Origin: Sphingomonas sp.
GTDB lineage: Bacteria; Pseudomonadota; Alphaproteobacteria; Sphingomonadales; Sphingomonadaceae
Assembly (NCBI RefSeq): GCF_029239295.1
Contig: NZ_JAQZBC010000008.1
Span: 58,812-122,811 of the forward strand
DNA: 64,000 nucleotides
Direction of reading: 5' to 3'
Within the stretch, counting starts at the first letter, position 1, and every line of letters begins with the position of its first letter. The notes beneath the pieces were generated by a model. That model saw nothing but the letters and a program-made list of their open reading frames with translations. It was not told the origin of the DNA and made no database searches. The position numbers and the translations under genes are program-made. Of the stretch, positions 48,978-59,935 are shown piece by piece.

Positions 48978-50405
48978 ATGATCCTGGCCATCCAGAGGGG
49001 GGCGCAGGTGACGATGTTGTCCGAATTCCCTCTGACGCGGGACTGGCTGACGCCAGTTGGTACCATTAGCGCGCCGACCGATGGCAAGCGGGCATTGCGG
49101 CTGCGCTTATATGTGGCGTTGCTGGCGTGCGACATCCTGTCGCCATTGTTCGGTTTCGGAATGGGGCGGTTGATAGCGGCGCTGCGCGGCCTGCCGATGA
49201 GCAACCTGGCGCTGCTCGCCGCGATCCTGCCGATCTACCTGTTGCTGGGCACACGCACGTACAGCGCACCGACGCTGGAACGCTGGCGCGCGGCGGCGTG
49301 GTTCGCCTTCGCCAACCTGCTGACCGCCTTTCTCCTCACGATCTTCGTCGCGTTCCTGTTGCAGGAAGTGTCGCCGATCTCGCGGGTGAGTGCGATGGTC
49401 ACGTTCTTCTGTTCCGCCGCAATGCTGCTGCTGGGGCGGAGCATCATCGGCCTGTGGAGCGATCGGGTGTTCGGTGGGTCGGCGCTGAGCCGCATGTTGA
49501 TCCTCGAGGGGGTGGACGTGCCGCTGCCGCGCGGGCTGAAGATCGTGGCGAGCGAGCCGCTGGATACCACCGCGACCACCATCCATCCGCTGGCGCTGGA
49601 CCGGCTGGCGCGGCAATTGCGCGGCGTGGACGAGGTGTTCGTCGCCTGCCCACCATCGCGCCGCGCCACCTGGTCCACCGTGCTGAAGGGCAGCAACGTC
49701 ACCGCCCGGCTGCTGATCCCCGAACTGGACACGATCGGGGTGATCGGCCACCGGCATTTCAACGGGATCGCATGCGTCCTGGTATCAGCCGGCGGGCTGC
49801 AGTTGCGCGATCGCCTGCTCAAACGCGCGCTCGACCTCGCAATTGCCATTCCGACGATCCTGTTCCTGGCGCCGCTGCTGATCACCGTCGCGGTGCTGGT
49901 GAAGATCGACAGCAAGGGGCCGGCGTTGTTCATCCAGACGCGTGTCGGAAAGGGAAACCGGCTGTTCGCGATGTACAAGTTTCGCAGCATGCGCCTGTCG
50001 GCCTGTGATGGCGACGGCGGGGTTTCGACGGCGCGCGACGATGCGCGGGTCACCCGGATCGGCCGGTTCATCCGCGCCACCAGCATCGACGAGCTGCCGC
50101 AGCTGTTCAACATCCTGCGCGGCGACATGAGCTTCGTCGGCCCACGCCCCCATGCGATCGGATCGCTGGCTGGGGATCAGCTGTTCTGGGAAGTGGATCA
50201 GCGCTACCATCACCGCCACGTCTGCAAGCCAGGGCTGACCGGGCTGGCGCAGGTTCGCGGCTTTCGCGGGGCCACGCACCGGCGGGAGGATCTTATCAAT
50301 CGCCTGCGCGCCGACCTCGAATATGTGAACGGCTGGAGCCTGATGCGCGACATCATGATCCTGGTGGCGACGCTGAAAGTCGTCGTGCATCGGAACGCCT
50401 ATTGA
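48978..50405 (+). CDS. Priming undecaprenyl-phosphate sugar-1-phosphate transferase (WcaJ/SpsB-like)
   Basis: N-terminal TMs; KRALDL, KFRSM, RATSIDELPQL, SFVGPRP, KPGLTGLAQV. Confidence 0.9.
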   Translation: MILAIQRGAQVTMLSEFPLTRDWLTPVGTISAPTDGKRALRLRLYVALLACDILSPLFGFGMGRLIAALRGLPMSNLALLAAILPIYLLLGTRTYSAPTLERWRAAAWFAFANLLTAFLLTIFVAFLLQEVSPISRVSAMVTFFCSAAMLLLGRSIIGLWSDRVFGGSALSRMLILEGVDVPLPRGLKIVASEPLDTTATTIHPLALDRLARQLRGVDEVFVACPPSRRATWSTVLKGSNVTARLLIPELDTIGVIGHRHFNGIACVLVSAGGLQLRDRLLKRALDLAIAIPTILFLAPLLITVAVLVKIDSKGPALFIQTRVGKGNRLFAMYKFRSMRLSACDGDGGVSTARDDARVTRIGRFIRATSIDELPQLFNILRGDMSFVGPRPHAIGSLAGDQLFWEVDQRYHHRHVCKPGLTGLAQVRGFRGATHRREDLINRLRADLEYVNGWSLMRDIMILVATLKVVVHRNAY

Positions 50406-50706
50406 CGCGATGGTCGGACCCGCGTGTCGGTTACGACAGGTTCCCCTGCTTCATCATCATCCCGCGGCGCATCTTCCGCGGCACATCTTTCGACGCGACG
50501 TACGACAGCCTTGGATCGCTTCACAGACGGCCGGCACCTAGTCCCTGGCAGATGTCGTCGATCCTCTTCACGTCACGGTCGGGCAACGCCGACACACTCC
50601 TCAACGCCGTAATGCGGGAGGTTAACTGTGAACGCGGGCGCCTGCCGTGCCGAAATGCTCCTAAAACGGGCCGCCGGGAAATTGGCGATAGAGCTTCACG
50701 GTAGGG

Positions 50707-50744
50707 ATCAACACGCCGGGGCCGGCGCGGCCGGGGGTGTTGAT
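50707..50744. other. GC-rich hairpin in an unexplained intergenic region
   Basis: ATCAACAC...GTGTTGAT arms enclosing a GC-rich core. Confidence 0.4.
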
Positions 50745-51632
50745 GAGGGCCAAAGCGATCGAACGCCTGTTGGCAACTGCGACCTCTCACCGGCTGGTGA
50801 GTAGTCGTGACGCCGGGCGTTCATGACAACGATGGCTGACTCGAAAAATAGTTGCGCGTTCCGATCGCGGGGCTCTCGTCGAAGCAGCGGCGAGTGTCTG
50901 CTGCGAGCGTGACTTGCGCGCTGTTGGGCTGCACGGGAGCGGGCAAGGTTTTCCCGGAGGATGATCCGAATGGCTCCTTCTCAGCGGAGCAATAGCGTTG
51001 CTCCGTCCGGATACGCTTCGTCGATGTTCGTTTCGTCTTCCGTCGGTTCTTCGCCCATCAGGTGGGTCAGCCTAGTTCGTGGACAAATGTGCCCGAGGCT
51101 GCCGGTCGATCCGTCCTGTCTTGCGTGGCGTGCGGCGGTCGAGCTTTCCGCGAGGGTGCGACGCAGGGTGTAAGCGCCCCGATCGCACACCGAAAAACCG
51201 GCTACCGGCGGCGTAGGTAGATACCTGTCTAAGCAGGCATCATGCATTGCGTGCCGGCAGTGCTGTCTTCAGGTAGGTCGAGAGCGGGCTGATAAGGCTG
51301 CTCCATTCCGCGAGGCGACGCTTGACCACCTCGAGACGGGACGGCGGCACTTCGGATCACTTGCTGTTGGGCGTACGCTTCGCTGACATTGCAATTACGC
51401 GCGGCCGGTGAGTTGAGCAGCAGTATGTAAGCCGGACGCCGTTTGCGCTGAGGATTACAAGCGCCGGCTCAACCATTCGCACGGCGACCGAACGACGGCT
51501 GCCCTCGTTGCCGCGCAAGACTTCTGTTCGAGCGCTCAGGCTCACTGCATGCCGGCGCTTCCACACCGTCGGCAATCGTCAGCCACAGCGGCTCGGGATA
51601 TCTCCCCTCTCCCGCTGCACCGACCCGCAGTA

Positions 51633-53785
51633 TCAATCCGCCGGGTAATAGCTGGCGTAGCGTTTGGCGTAGTGATGCATGCCGCCAGCAGCGCGGGCGG
51701 TGGGGTCGACCTGGGTGAAGAGGATGCCGATCGGATTGCTGCCGTCGCGGCGCAGCCATTCCACCGCCGAAAGCGCGGCCGGCACTGGCGTGCTGTTCCA
51801 CTTCACCACCAGCAACGTGGCGTCGGCGAGCGCGGCGAGGAAGCGGCCGTCGGCCAGTCCCATAAGCGGCGGGAGATCGAGCACGACATGATCATAGCGC
51901 CCACGCAGCACCGCGAGCAGTTGCTCCATCCGGCCATTGCCGAAGAGATCACCAGCCGCCGTCGACGGGCGCGCCACCAGCAGGTGATCGAGGCCGGCAA
52001 CATCGCCGGGCTGGATCGCGTCGTCCAACCGGACCTTGTCGCGCAGCACCTCGACCAGCCCGGCCCCCGGCGTCCGCGCGCGGACCATCTGCCGCACGCT
52101 GGCGCGCCGGGTATCGCAATCCACCAGCAGCGTCCGTGCGCCTGACAGTGCCATCGTGCGGGCCAACGCAATCGCCGACGTGGATTTGCCTTCTGCTGGC
52201 AGGGAGGAGGCAAGCGCGAGGACCTGTGGGGCAACATCGCTGTTCGTCGCGGTGCCGTCATCGCTGCTCGCCCTGCTGCCGGCCCCGCTGCCCGCATTAC
52301 CGAGGGCAGCCCATGCGACGCGGAAGCTTTCCGCGAACATCACGGTCGGCCGCTCCAGCATCAGATCGAGCGGATTCAGCCCGCGGGCCACCGATGGCAC
52401 GATAGCTAGAACCGGCAGGCCAAGCCGCCTTTGCACCTGTTCGACCGAGGCGAAGCCGCCGCTGATCATGTCCAGCGCGAGGATCGTGACCGAGCCGGCG
52501 ACCAACCCGCCGAATAGCGCCAGAGCGTAGAGCAATGGCTTGTCCGGGGCGCTCGGTGGTTCGGCGCGTTCGATCACCTCTGCCTGGGCCATCGAGAGGC
52601 GCGCGTTCTGCATGCTGTCCAGCGAGAGCTGCGACATGCGGTCGTAGAGCGCGCGCTTGGCGGCTGCCTCACGCTCCAGGGCCGCCGCCGCGACCGAATC
52701 GCGCGTGCTGCGCGCGCGTTCGCTTTCCAACCGGCCGAGCGCGCTACGAAGACTGCCGGCGCGCGCATCGGCCGCAGCGGCGGTCGCTTGAAGCGCGCCG
52801 ACGACGCGGCGGGATTCGGCCTCAAGCTGGCTATCGAGCGAAGCCAGTTGATCGCGGACGCGAATGCTTTCGGGGTGTCGCTCGCCGTAGCGGGCGTCGA
52901 CTTCGCCCCGGCTACGCAAGGTCTCGGCGCGTTGACGCCGCAGATCGGCGATCACTGCCGAGCCGAGTACCTCGGAAACCGCGTCCAGCCCGCCATGCGC
53001 GACCTGGATGCGCGCGGCGGCGAGATTCGATCGCGCAGCCGCCGCGTCGGATTCCGCACCGGCCAGACTGCTGGCGAGTGGGGCGACCTGCTGATCGTTG
53101 ATCGTGCCGAGCCCACCGCCCGAGCGGCTTTCGAGGATACCTGCCGCGGCGCGGAACTCCGCAGCGCGCGCCTCTGCCGCAGCGGCCTCGCCACCGAGTT
53201 CCTCCAGCCGCTGCTGAACCAGGCGCTTTGCCGTGCCGCTGTGCCGAGCTTCCCGTTGGTGCGCCGATCGATGTATCCATCGGCGAAAGCGTTCGCGAGC
53301 GTCGCCGCCTTCACCGGATCAGCCGAGGTGAAGCGGACCGAGAGGACGAAGGCAAGCGCCTCCCGGTCGACGGTGAGGTGCGACAGCACGGACGCGGGAA
53401 CCGCAAGCGAGCGGGTGGCCGCGGGATCGAGCGACCCGGTGAATTCAGGATCCGCGAACAGTCCGGATGACCGAGCAATGCCCGTTGCCAGTTCGAGCGA
53501 GCGGATACCGCTGACCTCGGTCTCGATCGCCTCTGGCGTCAGCTCTGTGCGTTGCGCCTGGGGGTTGCCGGCCAGGGGACTGCGCGATGGGTCAAGGCGG
53601 ATACGCGCCGTGGACGTGTAGCTGGGAGTGAGGCGTGCGACCGCCATGGCACCGATCGCAGCAACGAGCATCGCCACCATCAGCAGCATCGGCCAACGCC
53701 GGTTCAGGGCATCGCGCGCGTAACCCAACGTGTCGGCGAGCGGCGCGTCATCGTCATCGGGCTTGGTTCTGGCAGGCATGCGCAT
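51633..53785 (-). pseudogene. wzc: Wzc/GumC-type polysaccharide co-polymerase/tyrosine kinase split by a 1-bp frameshift near 53216
   Basis: The N-terminal ORF (TM, YTSTARIRL, ETEVSGIRS) goes out of frame after RQSAWF; the other frame continues QQRLEELGGEA... without stops into ORF 51633..52955 (second TM, Walker A LPAEGKST, VVLDLPP, Tyr-rich tail). Confidence 0.8.
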
Positions 53786-53793
53786 GTCCGATG

Positions 53794-55080
53794 TCAGAGG
53801 TGATAGGTAAGGCCCGCCTCGGCGCGCATCTCACGCGCGGCGGTGGCGGGATCGTCGCGGTCGTAACGGCGGGCGACATGGCTGATCGCGCCGTCCAGCG
53901 TGACCCGGCGGGACACGAGGTAGCGGGCGCTGGCGGCGAGGCGGTCGGCGGTGCCGCGACGGCCCGACGCAATCTCGCGCTGGCGGGCCAGGTCGGCCGT
54001 GGCCGAGAGGATCAGATTGGCGAGCAGCTCGTAATCCGCGCCGAGAGACAGACGCTCGTCCCAGAACGGCTGGGGCGCCCGATTGCCGTAGGTCGCATCC
54101 TCGAGCGAGCGCCGGGCGCGGACCACCAGCGTCAGCCGCTGCGTCGGAAACGCCTCCCCCTGCGCCTCCGCCACGAGGCCGCGCTCATGCGTGCCGTTTC
54201 GGTAGCGGCGGTCGGCGTAACCGACCGATGCGGTGCCGCGTGCGCGCCCGGCGAGATCGAAGTTGAGGCCGGCCGCGGCGCGGACCATGTCGGAGCCGAT
54301 CGCGGCTCGGCCGGTGGTGTCGAAGCGCGTGCTGATATGCCCTGCCTGAACGAACAGGGAGACGCTGGGTGAGCGGGCATATTCGACCTGGCCTGTTATC
54401 CGCGTCACCTCGCGATCGCGGAAGCTTTGGTCGAAGCGGGTGCCGCCGGCGCGGCGGATCGGAGCAAAGCGGAAGGCCGCCGTATCAGCGATCGCAAAGG
54501 CACGGACGCGGCCGCCGACATAATGGACGCGGAGCGACAGCAGGTCGCGGCGGAAGCGCGAGACGGAGACCAAAGCGGGGGCCACCTCCCCCGACAGCGG
54601 CCCTTCCAGCTGCTGCGACGCGACGATCCGCGTGGTGACGCGCAACGCAGACCCAAGCTCCAGATCCCCCTCGCCAGCGAGCGCCCAGGTCCGCTCGTCC
54701 CGGCGTGGCTGCGCCAAATAGCGCCGTTCGAGCGCCTGCGCGTCGAGGCGTAGTGCGTGGCGCGACCAGAGCGAGGCGACCTGCACTGCCGGCGCCAGCG
54801 AGACGAACGGCGCGGTGATCGCATCTTGCGGCGTCAGGTAGGTGTTGGTGGTGCCGCCGGCCGCCATTCGCAGCTGCGGATAGATCATCAGCCCGCCGAT
54901 CCGCGCGCCCGTAGGGGTGTAGGATGGACGGGGCTGCTGGGCGACGCTGACGTTGCGGCCGCGATCGAACCCCTGGGGAACGCCGGGTGACACCACGAGC
55001 CCGTCCTGCGCACGCGCAGCAACCGCCGTGCCGGCCATGACAAGCGCGAGCAACGCCCGCGCGAGCCTTCCCATCCGCAA
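53794..55080 (-). CDS. EPS-associated outer-membrane beta-barrel protein
   Basis: Signal peptide, alternating amphipathic beta strands, terminal GLTYHL; lies between OPX and wzc. Confidence 0.75.
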   Translation of the reverse strand: MRMGRLARALLALVMAGTAVAARAQDGLVVSPGVPQGFDRGRNVSVAQQPRPSYTPTGARIGGLMIYPQLRMAAGGTTNTYLTPQDAITAPFVSLAPAVQVASLWSRHALRLDAQALERRYLAQPRRDERTWALAGEGDLELGSALRVTTRIVASQQLEGPLSGEVAPALVSVSRFRRDLLSLRVHYVGGRVRAFAIADTAAFRFAPIRRAGGTRFDQSFRDREVTRITGQVEYARSPSVSLFVQAGHISTRFDTTGRAAIGSDMVRAAAGLNFDLAGRARGTASVGYADRRYRNGTHERGLVAEAQGEAFPTQRLTLVVRARRSLEDATYGNRAPQPFWDERLSLGADYELLANLILSATADLARQREIASGRRGTADRLAASARYLVSRRVTLDGAISHVARRYDRDDPATAAREMRAEAGLTYHL

Positions 55081-55155
55081 TGCATGATCCCCCCCGAAAC
55101 CAAGGGGATAGTGTGGTTAACGCCGCCGCAACGCAACACCTTTATGGAACAGCGC

Positions 55156-55734
55156 TCAGAAGAAGCGTTCCCCGATGCGGATCGTGTCACCGGGCCGCAC
55201 GATCAACTCGGGCGTCAGGCGATAATTGGCCTCTGACGCTGCGCCATCCCCGCGGATCCGCACGACGGCGCGGTTGGCGCGCGGGGTGAAGCCGCGCGCC
55301 AGAGCCACCGCCTTCATCGCGCTCATGCCGCTGGCGTAGGGATATTGGCCGGGCGCCGCGACTTCGCCGAGGATGTAGAAGGGCCGGAACGCCACCACTT
55401 CCATCGCGACGACGGGCTCGCGCAAATAGCCGTCGGCGAGCCGGGCGCGCGTTTCCGCCGCGACATCGGCCACTGGCTTGTCCCGCGCCGGGACGCTGCC
55501 GATCAGCGGCAACGATAATGTACCATCGGGATTGATCCAATATTCGCCGCTGAGCGACGGTTCGTTGTAAACGCTGACCCTCACCTTATCCCCGGCGCCA
55601 AGGCGATAATCGGCCATGAGCGCCGCTGGTTCAACATAACGGTCGCCGGCGGAAAGAACCGGCCCCTCACCCTGCTCCGCACAGGCGGTGAAAAGCCCCA
55701 AAAGGCCGAAAAGAAGTGCTGTCCGGCCAGTCAT
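55156..55734 (-). CDS. Short OPX (Wza/GumB-like) polysaccharide export lipoprotein
   Basis: Lipobox LFTAC; YRLGAGDKVRVSVYNE, DGTLSLPLIG, FYILGEVAAPGQYPY, ends GERFF; ATG 55734. Confidence 0.88.
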   Translation of the reverse strand: MTGRTALLFGLLGLFTACAEQGEGPVLSAGDRYVEPAALMADYRLGAGDKVRVSVYNEPSLSGEYWINPDGTLSLPLIGSVPARDKPVADVAAETRARLADGYLREPVVAMEVVAFRPFYILGEVAAPGQYPYASGMSAMKAVALARGFTPRANRAVVRIRGDGAASEANYRLTPELIVRPGDTIRIGERFF

Positions 55735-55822
55735 TTCGCCCCGCTCACCCGTGCTGTTGCTTCGGTGAAGCTTGCACAGGACTTTGGCCGACGCAACGAC
55801 GTGCTGCATCGCCAATCATGGA

Positions 55823-58800
55823 TCAGTAATCGCGCGAGATGCGCACGTTCGCACTTTGCCGACCCAGCGTGGAAATACTGGAAAGCAGGGATAGCCAGCG
55901 GGTGACCTGATATTCGACGCGGGTGGCGGAATAGCCCTGACCGTCGGTGACGATTTCCGCATAGAGCCGGCGCGTGACGTACTTGCCGGCAGCGATCGAG
56001 GTGCTTTGCCCCGTCTGCGGATCGGCGGGGAGGATGCGCAGGCGATCGAGCCCGGCCGCGCGGCGCACCGCGTTGATCGGGTTGAGCCCGCCATCGCCGT
56101 CGCGCAGCGCGGCGACCGCGGCGGCGAGTTGAAGCGCCTCCGGGGCGGACAGGTTGGTAATCGAGGTGCCGAACAGCAGGCGCGAGAGCAGTTCATCCTG
56201 CGGGAGAGCGGGCGTGCTGCTGAAAGTGATTTCGGGTTTCAGCGCGACGCCAGTGACGCGAATGGAAGCGTTGAGCCCCGTCGTGTTGGCATCCGCCTCG
56301 ATGTCGAGCGCAGGGTTGGCGGGCACCTCACCGGCGAAGCGGATCACGCCGCGGGCAAGCTCAAACTCCCGCCCGGCGAATTCATAATCGCCGCGCACCA
56401 GATCGGCCCGGCCGGTGATCGCCGGATTGTCGGGCGCGCCGCCGATCGCGAGATCAGCCGACCATTCGCTGGTGAGGCCCAGCCCGGTGACGAACAGCTG
56501 ATCGGCGGCGCGCGCCTTGATATCGAGCCGCCACGGCGCGGGCGGTGCGCTGGCGTCCGCGCCGCCGCCGGTCTCGTTGATCTCGCGGATCTTGAGGCGG
56601 GGAACGGCACTGGCGGCGGTCGCCTGACCGAGGCGATAGCGGCTGCGATCCAGCTTCACCGCGCCGGAAATGGTGCCGCCGCGGCCGGTCGACTGGAAGC
56701 GCAGCGGCCCGGTAACGGTAGCGCCGATATCGTCGCGGTTGATCATCACCGCGCGGTCGGCATTCAGCGTCAGATCAAGGCCGATGCCGCCGCGTCCGGC
56801 AAAGTCGAACCGGCCAGTGCCCGTCACCTTGCCCTCACGCCCAGCGTTGGCGGTGAATTGGTCGATCGACAGCAACGAGCCGGCGAAGCGGCCACCCGCC
56901 TGCACATCGGTCAAGACGGTACCGGTCGTCGCGCTTTCGATGCGCGCGCCCTTCGCCTGGACGGAACCACGGATCGCCGGATCGGCGAGGGTGCCGGTGA
57001 CGTCGGCGGCGATCGCGACCGGGCCGGACAGATCGAACAGCTCCACGCGCGTCAGCCGCCACAAGGTGTCGGCCGGCCCTTCGTAGCGTAATTGCCCGAA
57101 TACTCCGGCGTTGGCGAAGCGCGTCGCGATATCCCCCTGCCCGAGCCGCAACAGCGCCTGGGCGCGGCCGATCGTCCGCCCGCCGCTGCCGACCACCGCG
57201 CGCACGCCGGCGCGATCCGCGGTCAGGACACCGGCCACTGCCATGTCGATCGGATTGGAGGACACCAACAGCCCCGACCGCGTGAGGCCACGCACCGTCA
57301 TGTCAATGCGGCCGGTCGGCGCGCTGCCGATGGTGCTGGCGTAGCTGATCTTGCCCGTGGCGCTGCCGCCGAGCCCAAGGCCCGGGGACACGATGTCGAG
57401 CACGGCGAGCGGCATTTGCGACAGGGTAGCGTCGACCATGTTGCTGTCGTCGGTCACTCGCCCGCCGATCGTCGCCGTACCGCCGGCGAACTTGATCGTG
57501 GCCGGCGCCAGCCGCCACCCGTCGCCATCGCGTGTGACCACCGCGGGCGTATCGAGCCGTAGCGGTCGGCGATCCACCGTGCCCTGTGCGACGATCCGGT
57601 AATTGTCAGGCGCCACATCGATCATGCTTTGCAGATCGAACGAGCGACCGCGCGAGCCGGCGATCGACAGGCGGACCTGTCCCAGGCCGTCGCGCAGCGT
57701 CGCATTCGCGGCAAAACGTGCGAGACTGAGCGGACCGCGGCGAAGGCCAGTGCCGTTGAACGTCCCTTCCAGCGTGGTGCCGGCGGGATCGAGCATTACC
57801 GCCAGATCGACCCTGCCCTGACGCAGCGTTGCGCCGCCGACAAGCTGCGCATTGCGTAGCGCCAGCCGCGTCTCGATCCGCTGAACGGCATTGACCGGGC
57901 GGAGCACGACCTCCCCATCGATCCCACCGCCGCTGACCGCCAGCCGGCCGTCGAAGCCATCATCAACGATGGTCACGGTGCCCGCGGCGCTAGTCCCGCT
58001 GACATCGAGCCGTGCGACCGCGATCTGCGCGTCGGTGCCGCGTGGCAGCAGGATGTCGCCGCTTCCCTCGAACGGGCCGAGCCGCGACTGTCCGGCCGCG
58101 GTGAAGGCGAAGCCCTGCGCACTAGGATCGAGATGAAGCCGCACATCCTGCAGCCCCAGCGCTGCATTGGGACGACGGAAGACGAGATCGAGCGTCGGGC
58201 GTTCGATCCGGCCGTCCAGCTTCAGCGTCACCGGTCCATATTGGGCCTGCTGGCCGGCACCGGTGAAAACAAAGGTGCCATTGCGGCGGCGATAACCGTT
58301 ACCGACCAAACGGATCGACGGACCGGTGAGCACCAGATTGCGGAAGTGGAGAATGCCGTCGGGTGTCCGCTCCAGCCCGGTCACGATGCGCGGCAATCCG
58401 CCCGCGAGGCTACGGAAAAAGCCATTGTCGAGCCGCACCATCTGCGCCACGCCGTTGCCGATCACGCGCGTTCCGCGGCCGCCGGGACCAGGCACCACGC
58501 GAAGCCGCGACGTGACATCAACCACCCCGAGCCCGGGGATCAGGTAGCGGCCAAGCGCGCCGTTCAGGCCGACCTGGTAGACGCCGGTGCGCAGATCGAG
58601 CAGCAAGCTGATCCGCCCGGTAAGCTTGTCCGACCGCAGCCGCAGATCATCGCCAGTCAGCGTCGTCGAGGTGAGGCGCAGCACGCCATCGACCGACAGG
58701 TTGCGCAGGATGCCCCCAGCGACATCGCCGACACCGGTAACGCGCGCTGCCGTGAAGCGGACCGGCACGGCGATAGGCGCGGCGGACAACCGCCCCTTGC

Positions 58801-59935
58801 CCGACAGCCGCGCCTGTTCGAAGCCGGTATTGTCGAAGGCGATGCGCGGCGCGGTAACCCGATAATCGAAGCGCGCAGTCGCAAAGCGGCCGTCGAGTAC
58901 CGCGCGCAACTCCACATTCCGGCCGCTCATGTTGGGGAAGAGAGCAGCGGGACGAAGCAGCCGTGCGCTCAGGCGCAGGTTGCGCCAGGCACTTTCGCCG
59001 AGATCAGCAATTCCGGTTGCCTCGATCGCCAGCGCGGCGGAGCGCGCGGACAGCTGGCCTTCAAGCCGGCGGTTGACGAAGGTGCCGGCCCCGTCGAGCC
59101 GCACGCGCGGCGCAGAGAGACGCTGCACCTTCCCCTTGGTGATGCTGCCGAGCGCCAGCGTGCCGCCGAGCGTGTAGTTGCCGGCGCGATTGCCGAGCGC
59201 GAGATCGACAACCCGCGCGTCACCCGCGCGGGCCACGGCGCGCCCCTGCCAATTCGCCCAGCGGCCGTCGCCGCCGATCTCCAGCGCGAGCGGGCGGCGA
59301 AGGCCGGAAAGCCGCGCGAGAACGCCATTGGCGCTGCCGCGGGCGCGCACGTCGAGGTCGAAGCGGTTGCGATCCGGCGCCGCATCTATGCGGACGCGAA
59401 GCTGGTCGCTCCCCTCCACCAGCGCGTCGAGGGAAACGAGCGCGTTGCCGTTGGTGATCGCGGCGCGGCCCGCGACACGGCCGTAGCGAAGCGCGCCGGT
59501 CACCTGCGGCGCGACCACGAGCCGGTCCAGCGACAATCGGCCGATCAGAATGTCGAAATCGGGCAGGATCGGCCCCTGCCGGCCGGTAGGCCGCAGACGC
59601 GGCAGCTTCGCCAACATACCCACTGGCACATCGAGCGAGCGGATCTCCAGCCGGTTGGAGAGCCAGGCAAACGGCCGCCAATCGAGGTTTGCGCGCGGGG
59701 CGGCGAATACCAGCCCCTCGGGATCATGAACCCGGACGTCCCGCAGCACCGCCGCGCCATAGAGCGACCCGTCGATCCGCCCGACGGTGATCCGCAGCCC
59801 ATTGGCAGGGCGCGCCGCGTTGATCCGCTGCGCCACCCAGCGATGACCGATGTCGGTATCAACGATCCACAGGCTGGCGAGGATGATGGTGGCGAGGAGC
59901 GCGATCCCGCCCAGCAGCCAGCGCCACAGCCGCAT
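55823..59935 (-). CDS. tamB: Translocation and assembly module TamB
   Basis: N-terminal anchor, 1370 aa beta-rich; C-terminal DUF490 features (LPQDELLSRLLFG, AAGKYVTRRLYAE). Confidence 0.88.
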   Translation of the reverse strand: MRLWRWLLGGIALLATIILASLWIVDTDIGHRWVAQRINAARPANGLRITVGRIDGSLYGAAVLRDVRVHDPEGLVFAAPRANLDWRPFAWLSNRLEIRSLDVPVGMLAKLPRLRPTGRQGPILPDFDILIGRLSLDRLVVAPQVTGALRYGRVAGRAAITNGNALVSLDALVEGSDQLRVRIDAAPDRNRFDLDVRARGSANGVLARLSGLRRPLALEIGGDGRWANWQGRAVARAGDARVVDLALGNRAGNYTLGGTLALGSITKGKVQRLSAPRVRLDGAGTFVNRRLEGQLSARSAALAIEATGIADLGESAWRNLRLSARLLRPAALFPNMSGRNVELRAVLDGRFATARFDYRVTAPRIAFDNTGFEQARLSGKGRLSAAPIAVPVRFTAARVTGVGDVAGGILRNLSVDGVLRLTSTTLTGDDLRLRSDKLTGRISLLLDLRTGVYQVGLNGALGRYLIPGLGVVDVTSRLRVVPGPGGRGTRVIGNGVAQMVRLDNGFFRSLAGGLPRIVTGLERTPDGILHFRNLVLTGPSIRLVGNGYRRRNGTFVFTGAGQQAQYGPVTLKLDGRIERPTLDLVFRRPNAALGLQDVRLHLDPSAQGFAFTAAGQSRLGPFEGSGDILLPRGTDAQIAVARLDVSGTSAAGTVTIVDDGFDGRLAVSGGGIDGEVVLRPVNAVQRIETRLALRNAQLVGGATLRQGRVDLAVMLDPAGTTLEGTFNGTGLRRGPLSLARFAANATLRDGLGQVRLSIAGSRGRSFDLQSMIDVAPDNYRIVAQGTVDRRPLRLDTPAVVTRDGDGWRLAPATIKFAGGTATIGGRVTDDSNMVDATLSQMPLAVLDIVSPGLGLGGSATGKISYASTIGSAPTGRIDMTVRGLTRSGLLVSSNPIDMAVAGVLTADRAGVRAVVGSGGRTIGRAQALLRLGQGDIATRFANAGVFGQLRYEGPADTLWRLTRVELFDLSGPVAIAADVTGTLADPAIRGSVQAKGARIESATTGTVLTDVQAGGRFAGSLLSIDQFTANAGREGKVTGTGRFDFAGRGGIGLDLTLNADRAVMINRDDIGATVTGPLRFQSTGRGGTISGAVKLDRSRYRLGQATAASAVPRLKIREINETGGGADASAPPAPWRLDIKARAADQLFVTGLGLTSEWSADLAIGGAPDNPAITGRADLVRGDYEFAGREFELARGVIRFAGEVPANPALDIEADANTTGLNASIRVTGVALKPEITFSSTPALPQDELLSRLLFGTSITNLSAPEALQLAAAVAALRDGDGGLNPINAVRRAAGLDRLRILPADPQTGQSTSIAAGKYVTRRLYAEIVTDGQGYSATRVEYQVTRWLSLLSSISTLGRQSANVRISRDY

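Noticed and set aside
50402-50704. 100-aa ORF overlapping the sugar transferase stop
   Set aside because: No RBS, no motif, and atypical codon and amino-acid composition
55145-55170. GGAAC...GTT motifs near the OPX stop as EcfG promoters
   Set aside because: The spacer is 15 nt on both strands rather than 16-17
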